A DNA stretch of 31,795 nt, taken from an uncultured Zetaproteobacteria bacterium. GTDB taxonomy: Bacteria; Pseudomonadota; Zetaproteobacteria; Mariprofundales; Mariprofundaceae. The notes below the pieces were generated by a model that saw only the letters and a list, made by a program, of their open reading frames with translations, was not told the origin of the DNA and made no database searches. Below are positions 25,715 through 31,795 of this stretch, piece after piece. The stretch is from the NCBI GenBank assembly GCA_964534165.1, contig CAZHOU010000001.1, forward strand, positions 1 through 31,795, given 5' to 3'. The position numbers and the translations under genes are program-made. Numbering within the stretch: the first letter of the stretch is position 1; each line of letters begins with the position of its first letter.

Positions 25715-28126
25715 ATGAAATTCACGCGTCGCTTCGAGGAGATCGGAATCGACGACGTCGCCACAGTCGGCGGCAAGAATGCCTCACTGGGCGAGATGTA
25801 CCGCGAACTGCGCGGCGAGGGCATGCTCGTGCCCGGCGGTTTCGCCGTCACCGCGGACGCCTACCGCCATGTGCTGGAGACGAACGGCGCCTGGGAAAGA
25901 CTGCACGAGGCCCTGGACGGGCTCGATCCCGATGACGTGCGGGATCTGCAGGAAAGGGGCGCCCGGGCACGGGCGATCATCCACGCCTGCGCCCTGCCCA
26001 AGGATCTGGAGTCCGAGATCCTGGCGCAATACGCGCGGCTCAGGGAGGAATACGGCGACGAGGTTTCCCTGGCCGTACGCTCCTCGGCCACGGCCGAGGA
26101 TTCCCCCGAGGCCTCCTTCGCCGGCCAGAACGACACCTACCTCAACATCTCCGGTGACGAGGCCCTGCTCGATGCCTACAAGCGCTGCCTCGCCTCCAAT
26201 TTCACCGACCGTTCCATCCACTACAAGTACGACAATCACTTCGATCTCTTCAAGGTGTACCTATGCGTGGCGGTCATGAAGATGGTGCGCAGCGACAAGG
26301 GCGCCAGCGGCGTGATGTTCTCGCTCGACACAGAGACCGGCTTCCGCGACGTGGTCTTCATCAACGCCGCATACGGCCTCGGCGAGAACATCGTCCAGGG
26401 GGCGATCGACCCGGACAGCTTTTACGTTCACAAACCCACCTTCATGAACGGGCATCGGGCCGTGCTCCGGCGCCGGCTCGGCAAGAAGGAGATGAGGATG
26501 GTGTTCGCAGGCTCGCTCAGCCGCGGTACCATCGCCGCCGAATACACGCGCAACATTCCCACGAGCGAGGAGGAGCGGAACCGCTTCTGCATCAGCGACG
26601 ACGACGTCATGGTGCTGGCCGATTACGCCATCAAGGTGGAACGGCATTACTCGAACAAGGCCGGGATCCCCAAGCCCATGGACATGGAATGGGCGAAGGA
26701 CGGCCTCGACGGTCGCATCTACATGGTGCAGGCGCGGCCGGAGACCGTGCAGTCGCAGAAGCAGGGGCACATCCTCAAGATCTACCGCCTCCAAAAACGT
26801 TCCCTTGTCCTGGCCCGCGGCCGCGCCGTGGGCATGATGGTCGGCGCCGGCCGTGCCCGCGTCATCCCCGACGTCAAGCATCTGGGCGAGTTCAAGCCGG
26901 GTGAGGTGCTGGTGGCCGACACGACGACGCCCGACTGGGAACCGGTGATGAAAACCGCATCGGCGATCGTCACCAATCGCGGCGGCCGCACTTGCCATGC
27001 GGCTATCGTCTCGCGCGAACTCGGCATTCCCGCCGTCGTCGGAACCGGCAACGCCACCGAAGTCGTCGACAGCGGCCGGGAGATCACCGTGAGTTGCGCC
27101 GAGGGGGAAACGGGCTATGTCTACGACGGCATCCTGCCCTTCGATATCGAGGAGACTGACCTAAGCCGGATGCCACGCCCCAGGACTCACATCATGATGA
27201 ACCTCGGCGATCCCGACCTCGCCTTCAGCCTCGCCGCCCTGCCGGTGGACGGCGTCGGTCTGGCACGCATGGAATTCATCGTCACCGAATCGATCAAGGT
27301 CCATCCGATGGCCATCCGCCATCCGCAAAAAGTGGATGCGGCCACGCGCCGGAGCATCGCGATACTGGCCCGTGCCTTCGAGGATGCGGAGGACTTTTTC
27401 ATCAAGACCCTGTCCGAGGGCGTGGCGACCATCGCCGCCGCCGTCTATCCCAAGCCGTGCATCGTGCGCATGAGCGATTTCAAGAGCAACGAGTATGCCG
27501 CCCTCCTCGGCGGTTCCGGATTCGAGCCCGAGGAGGACAACCCCATGCTCGGTTTCCGCGGCGCCGCCCGCTACGTGCATCCGGCCTACGCCGACGGCTT
27601 CGCCCTCGAGTGCGCGGCCATGAAGCGCGTGCGCGACGACATGGGCTTCACCAATGTCAAGCTGATGATTCCCTTCTGCCGCCGCGTGGAGGAAGGAAGA
27701 AAAGTGCTGGAAGCCATGGCCGCCCACGGCCTGCGCCGGGGCGAAAACGGCCTCGAGATCTACGTCATGTGCGAAATTCCGAACAACGTCATCCTTATCG
27801 ATGCCTTCGCGGAGCTGTTCGACGGCTTCTCCATCGGTTCCAACGATCTGACGCAGCTCACGCTGGGCGTGGACCGGGATTCCGAGATCCTCGCCTCCGT
27901 CTTCGACGAGCGCGATGCCGGCGTCAAGGAGATGATCCGCCTGGCCGTCGAAGGCGCACGCCGCAACCGGCGCCATTCCGGCATCTGCGGACAGGCGCCG
28001 TCCGATTATCCGGAGATGGCCGCCTATCTGGTCGGGCTCGGCATCGATTCGATCAGCCTCAATCCGGACACGGTGCTGAAGACGACCCTGCACGTGCTGG
28101 AGGTGGAGAAGCGGCTACGTTCGTAG
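25715..28126 (+). CDS. ppsA: Phosphoenolpyruvate synthase (pyruvate, water dikinase)
   Basis: VGGKNASLGEM, AVRSSATAED, phospho-His GGRTCHAAIVSRE, VGLARMEF, NPMLGFRGA, FSIGSNDLTQ, GICGQAPSD. Confidence 0.96.
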   Translation: MKFTRRFEEIGIDDVATVGGKNASLGEMYRELRGEGMLVPGGFAVTADAYRHVLETNGAWERLHEALDGLDPDDVRDLQERGARARAIIHACALPKDLESEILAQYARLREEYGDEVSLAVRSSATAEDSPEASFAGQNDTYLNISGDEALLDAYKRCLASNFTDRSIHYKYDNHFDLFKVYLCVAVMKMVRSDKGASGVMFSLDTETGFRDVVFINAAYGLGENIVQGAIDPDSFYVHKPTFMNGHRAVLRRRLGKKEMRMVFAGSLSRGTIAAEYTRNIPTSEEERNRFCISDDDVMVLADYAIKVERHYSNKAGIPKPMDMEWAKDGLDGRIYMVQARPETVQSQKQGHILKIYRLQKRSLVLARGRAVGMMVGAGRARVIPDVKHLGEFKPGEVLVADTTTPDWEPVMKTASAIVTNRGGRTCHAAIVSRELGIPAVVGTGNATEVVDSGREITVSCAEGETGYVYDGILPFDIEETDLSRMPRPRTHIMMNLGDPDLAFSLAALPVDGVGLARMEFIVTESIKVHPMAIRHPQKVDAATRRSIAILARAFEDAEDFFIKTLSEGVATIAAAVYPKPCIVRMSDFKSNEYAALLGGSGFEPEEDNPMLGFRGAARYVHPAYADGFALECAAMKRVRDDMGFTNVKLMIPFCRRVEEGRKVLEAMAAHGLRRGENGLEIYVMCEIPNNVILIDAFAELFDGFSIGSNDLTQLTLGVDRDSEILASVFDERDAGVKEMIRLAVEGARRNRRHSGICGQAPSDYPEMAAYLVGLGIDSISLNPDTVLKTTLHVLEVEKRLRS

Positions 28127-28216
28127 AAGAAGGCGATGGGTCGGATATCATTGCAATAAATTTTTGCTTGAACCGACTTATTGCCTGCAGGGGATTCATC
28201 CGGCGGGGAAACAGGT

Positions 28217-28645
28217 ATGGAAAAGGAGGACTTGTCGTTCCTGAAGCAATGCCAGAGGGAAAGAGACCAATGGCAGCGGGAGTGCGCGACATGGCTGGCG
28301 GAGATCAAGCGCTGGCGACGGGAAGAGCAGAAGATACTGGGTCTTCTCTTCAATCTTGAACACGCCATTCCCGACTACAGAAAATTGCTTGATGTCCATT
28401 TTGATACCATAAGAACCCATGAGAAAGGCCTTGGCGACTTTGAAGCGCACCTACTTGATTGCCATCTGAACGGGCTTGAGAGAACACAATACCAAACCTT
28501 GTTAACCGGTTATCAACTGCATGCCAGGCAGCATACCCGGGTGAAGAAGGCACATATGGAATTGCAGTCAAAAACCAAGGCCGCCATGGCTGAACAGTTG
28601 CAGCTTACCCGGGCACTGATCACTGCCCTGGAAAATGCGGGCTAA
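28217..28645 (+). CDS. Hypothetical all-helical His-patterned protein
   Basis: 142-aa ORF with SD-like CAGG/GGGGAA upstream; amphipathic helices with spaced His; visibly more AT-rich than neighbours. Confidence 0.65.
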   Translation: MEKEDLSFLKQCQRERDQWQRECATWLAEIKRWRREEQKILGLLFNLEHAIPDYRKLLDVHFDTIRTHEKGLGDFEAHLLDCHLNGLERTQYQTLLTGYQLHARQHTRVKKAHMELQSKTKAAMAEQLQLTRALITALENAG

Positions 28646-28895
28646 CCCAATTAGCCCATGAGATCGCGGATGGCAAACTGACAGAACTGCGCGACGAGCT
28701 ATGAGAAACCATCTCTCACTCCCCAAATATGGTCCTTTCTTTTTCTCGGCCTTCCGTTCTCATCGACCGCATGGACAAGCCTACCACCTTGATGCACAAA
28801 GCGTCTCCTTTCGAAGGATCTTTCGTCATCATGCAAGCCCTTGATCCTTCATAGTATTTTTACATTCCAGCGTAAGGTCCCATGATTTATTCGGG

Positions 28896-30581
28896 TTATG
28901 TTTCCTCCTCCATGCGGATGAAGCCGCAGGGGCATTCGCTGGCGCAGATGCCACAGCCCTTGCAATAATCGTAATCGAACACATAGGGGGAGCCATCCGC
29001 CGGCATCTCCTCCGTCTTGAGCACGGCGTTGTCGGGGCACAGTGTCCAGCAATTGTCGCAGGCCAGGCACTGACCGCAGGAGAAACATCGTCCCGCCTCG
29101 TCCCTGGCCTGATCCCGGTTCAGGCCGCTCTCGACCTCCTCGTCGCCGCGGCGTTTCTCCACCGGCAAAAGCGGCATGGGAGCGCGGGGTTTGTGCTCGT
29201 AGTAGTGCAGGTTTAGATGCTTGAAGGCGATGGCGGCACTCACCTCCCGGATGTCGATCTCCCCGCCGCCGAGAAAGGCATCCATCGCCGCCGCCGCACG
29301 CCGGCCGTCGGCGACGGATGCGGCCACGGTGCCGGTCCCACCCCGGGCGTCGCCGCCGGTGAAGATGCCTGCATGCGCGGTTCGCCCCCAGCGGTCGGCC
29401 TCAAGATACGGTTTGCCGCCCAGGATCTCCTCTATGCCCTCATCCTCCACCTGCTGCCCAACGGCCGGAATCACCTGGTCCACATGCAGAATCTCCTCGG
29501 TGCCTTCGAACGGAACCCGCCGCAGCTGTCCCTGCTCGTCGAACAACTTTTTCATCCGCACCATCTCCACGCCCGCCACGCGGCCGCCGTACAGGATCAG
29601 GCGCGTGACACCGTGATGCGCATGGATCATCACCCCCTCGGCGAGGGCCTGTTCGATCTCGTTCGGATTGGCCGTCATGCACGCGTGCGGCGGCAACTCG
29701 GGATCCGGCAGTTCGCGATGGGTGATCACATGCACCTCTTCCACGCCGGCGCGACGCAACACGCGCGCCACGTCGATGGCCGTATTGCCGCCACCGATGA
29801 TGGCGGCGCTCTTCATCTCCGGCACGGCCCCGAATTCCACCCATTGGTTCAACAGGTGCACGCCGACGTGCAGATCCGCCGGCACGGCGCCGGCGGCGCT
29901 CCACGGCCTGGGACGCTGCGCCCCCGGGGCGAGGAAGATGGCGGCGTAATCATCCTGAAGTTCGCGCAGGGAAACGTCCTTGCCCAGGGAGGTGTGGAAG
30001 TGGGTTTCCAGGCCGATGGCCAGCAGGCGCTCGCATTCGGCATCCAGTACCGCCCGCGGCAGGCGGTAGGCGGGCAGGGCCGTGCGCAGGATGCCGCCGG
30101 CCAGCTTCTCGCGCTCGAACAGACCGACGCGATAGCCCCGCCGGCGCAGATGGTAGGCGGCGGAAAGGCCGGCCGGGCCGGCGCCGACCACGGCGACGGC
30201 CCGGGCGGAGGCGGGCAAATCCGGGACCTCGTATTTCCATCCCGCCTCGATGGCCTGATCGCCGACAAAGCGTTCGCCGCCGTGAATGCACACGGCCTCG
30301 TCGTATTGTCCTCGATTGCAGGCGGTCTCGCACGGATGCGGGCATACGCGGCCGGTGATGGCCGGAAGCGGATTGACGGCCACGATCTCCCCCCAGGCCC
30401 GCTCGACATCCCCCTGCTCCAGCAAGGCCAGCCACGCCTGCGGGTTCTCCTCCGCCAGACAGGTGGCGTGACACGGTGCCGGCATCGGGTGATGCACGGG
30501 CCGATGCGTGCGCCAGGTGCCGGTCTTGAATGTGAGCGAACTGCCCGCTTTCCCGTATGCCCCGCGCGTAAGAATCGCCAT
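28896..30581 (-). CDS. GltD/SudA-like FAD/NAD(P) Fe-S oxidoreductase fused to a C-terminal 2x[4Fe-4S] (PorD-like) domain
   Basis: GRVCPHPCETAC, GAGPAG, GGGNTAID; C-terminal CFSCGQCLACDNCWTLCP and CKGCGICASECP. Start set at ATG 30581 after porB. Confidence 0.87.
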   Translation of the reverse strand: MAILTRGAYGKAGSSLTFKTGTWRTHRPVHHPMPAPCHATCLAEENPQAWLALLEQGDVERAWGEIVAVNPLPAITGRVCPHPCETACNRGQYDEAVCIHGGERFVGDQAIEAGWKYEVPDLPASARAVAVVGAGPAGLSAAYHLRRRGYRVGLFEREKLAGGILRTALPAYRLPRAVLDAECERLLAIGLETHFHTSLGKDVSLRELQDDYAAIFLAPGAQRPRPWSAAGAVPADLHVGVHLLNQWVEFGAVPEMKSAAIIGGGNTAIDVARVLRRAGVEEVHVITHRELPDPELPPHACMTANPNEIEQALAEGVMIHAHHGVTRLILYGGRVAGVEMVRMKKLFDEQGQLRRVPFEGTEEILHVDQVIPAVGQQVEDEGIEEILGGKPYLEADRWGRTAHAGIFTGGDARGGTGTVAASVADGRRAAAAMDAFLGGGEIDIREVSAAIAFKHLNLHYYEHKPRAPMPLLPVEKRRGDEEVESGLNRDQARDEAGRCFSCGQCLACDNCWTLCPDNAVLKTEEMPADGSPYVFDYDYCKGCGICASECPCGFIRMEEET

Positions 30582-30592
30582 CTTCGCCTCCG

Positions 30593-31597
30593 TCAGCCCC
30601 GCCGTCCGCCGCCGCGATGCACGGTGTCGGCGCTTTCCGTGTCCCATTCCCCTGCGTCGGCGGTCAACCCGAAACGCTCGATGTTGTAATCGGCCAACGC
30701 CTGCAGGTGCTCCAATTCCTCCTTGGCCCTGGGTTTGCCGCTGAACAGGTGGGCGAAGCGTGTCTGCAGGGCCAGGTATTCGCGCACGGGCCGCGGCGAA
30801 CGGATCGGCATGACACCGACCACCTGGCCCCGCTCCATCTCGATCAACGGAAACAGCCCGCTCTCCACCGCCAAGCGGGCCACGGCGATGGTCGCCTCCG
30901 AGGCGTGACCCCAGCCCAGGGGGCAAGGGGAATGCACATGCAGGAAGGTGGGACCGGTGACGCCGATGGCCCGGCGTACCTTCAGACGCAGATCGGCGGG
31001 ATAGGCGACCGTGGCCGTGGCGGCATAGGGAATGTGATGGGCGGCGATGATGTTGATCAGATCCTTCTTCAAATGCCGCTTGCCCATGCGCTCCTTGCCC
31101 GCGGGCGAGGTTGTCGTCGCCGCCGCATGCGGGGTGGAACTCGAGCGCTGGATGCCGGTGTTCATGTAGGCTTCGTTGTCGAAGCAGACATAGAGAACGT
31201 CATGCTCGCGTTCGAGCATCCCCGACAGGGCTTGAAAGCCGATGTCGAAGGTGCCGCCGTCGCCGCCGAAGGCGAGCACCTTCGCATCGAGTCCCCGCGC
31301 CTTCGCCGCCGCCTCGATGCCCGCCGCCACGGCGGCGGCGTTCTCGAACACCGAATGCAGCCATGGAACGCGCCAGGCCGACTCGGGCCACGGGGTTGTG
31401 AACACCTCCAGACAGCCCGTGGCGTTGGCCACGATGACATCCGGCCCGGCGGCCTCCAGCACCAGCCGCGCCGCCAGTGCCTGGCCGCAGCCCTGGCAGG
31501 CGCGGTGACCGGACTCGAGGCCCGTGAAGCGCGGCTGCCGACGACGCAGCTCCAGCAACCGTCCGACTTCCCTCCCCGCTTTCGTTTCTGCGTTCAT
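30593..31597 (-). CDS. porB: Pyruvate/2-oxoacid:ferredoxin oxidoreductase beta subunit
   Basis: GHRACQGCG, ANATGCLEV, TPP-binding GGDGGTFDIG...DNEAYMNTG, HSPCPLGW. Confidence 0.93.
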   Translation of the reverse strand: MNAETKAGREVGRLLELRRRQPRFTGLESGHRACQGCGQALAARLVLEAAGPDVIVANATGCLEVFTTPWPESAWRVPWLHSVFENAAAVAAGIEAAAKARGLDAKVLAFGGDGGTFDIGFQALSGMLEREHDVLYVCFDNEAYMNTGIQRSSSTPHAAATTTSPAGKERMGKRHLKKDLINIIAAHHIPYAATATVAYPADLRLKVRRAIGVTGPTFLHVHSPCPLGWGHASEATIAVARLAVESGLFPLIEMERGQVVGVMPIRSPRPVREYLALQTRFAHLFSGKPRAKEELEHLQALADYNIERFGLTADAGEWDTESADTVHRGGGRRG

Positions 31598-31795
31598 CGA
31601 TCCTCCTCCGGCAGCTTCTCCGGCTCGACGTCCAGGATGGCGAAACGGCAGGGACGCTCCTCCCGGGCGGCATCGAGCAGGCGCGCATAGGTGTCAAGCG
31701 GGATGTCGCGGCCGCCCAGGCCAGCGGCAAAGCCGTGCACCCGCGGCGGCGAGGGCATCTCCGAGAGTGCGGCGCGCACCTCGGCAGTCACGATC
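31594..31795 (-). CDS. porA: Pyruvate/2-oxoacid:ferredoxin oxidoreductase alpha subunit, 3' end (truncated by window edge)
   Basis: EVRAAL...FAAGLGGRDI C-terminal motif; stop overlaps the porB ATG. Confidence 0.85.
   Translation of the reverse strand, partial: IVTAEVRAALSEMPSPPRVHGFAAGLGGRDIPLDTYARLLDAAREERPCRFAILDVEPEKLPEEDR

Noticed and set aside
23908-28895. FNR boxes for the low-oxygen module
   Set aside because: Only TTGAT half-sites (about 28790 and 28841) with no ATCAA at the required spacing.
1-31795. Mobile-element or CRISPR signatures bounding the copper cluster
   Set aside because: No integrase, transposase, tRNA target, flanking direct repeats or regularly spaced repeats recognised; island status cannot be claimed from this window.

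Overview
GC-rich bacterial chromosomal segment, probably from an iron-oxidising Zetaproteobacterium (inferred only from the Cyc2 N-terminal motif). Left flank: SHOCT-repeat exported protein, VKOR-DsbA fusion, and trmB on the minus strand. From 3561 to 21300 is an almost gap-free, co-oriented copper-handling cluster: a DUF2946-like CxxC leader protein, TolC/CusB/CusA, two paralogous Met/Trp-rich periplasmic proteins flanking a His-rich 4-TM protein, a TRASH protein, two HMA proteins, a YHS-LOG fusion, a patatin, CopA, a cytochrome c lipoprotein, TlpA, a His/Met-rich sensor kinase and a degenerate NtrC-type regulator. Directly downstream lie cyc2 (cytochrome-porin, putative Fe(II) oxidase), a Fur-boxed beta-barrel gene, a cfa-family methyltransferase, a small 4-Cys protein and ppsA, converging on a pyruvate:ferredoxin oxidoreductase operon that runs off the right edge. 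The strongest unexplained signal is a perfect 10-bp anti-SD/SD duplex starting 3 nt after the stop codon of the DUF2946-like leader and masking the RBS of the first efflux gene, the layout of CutF/CruR-type copper-sensing translational control, here on an RND efflux operon. Two weaker anti-SD pairings occur further down the cluster. No tRNA, rRNA, CRISPR array, integrase or transposase was recognised. All calls come from motif reading by eye; no searches or folding were run.
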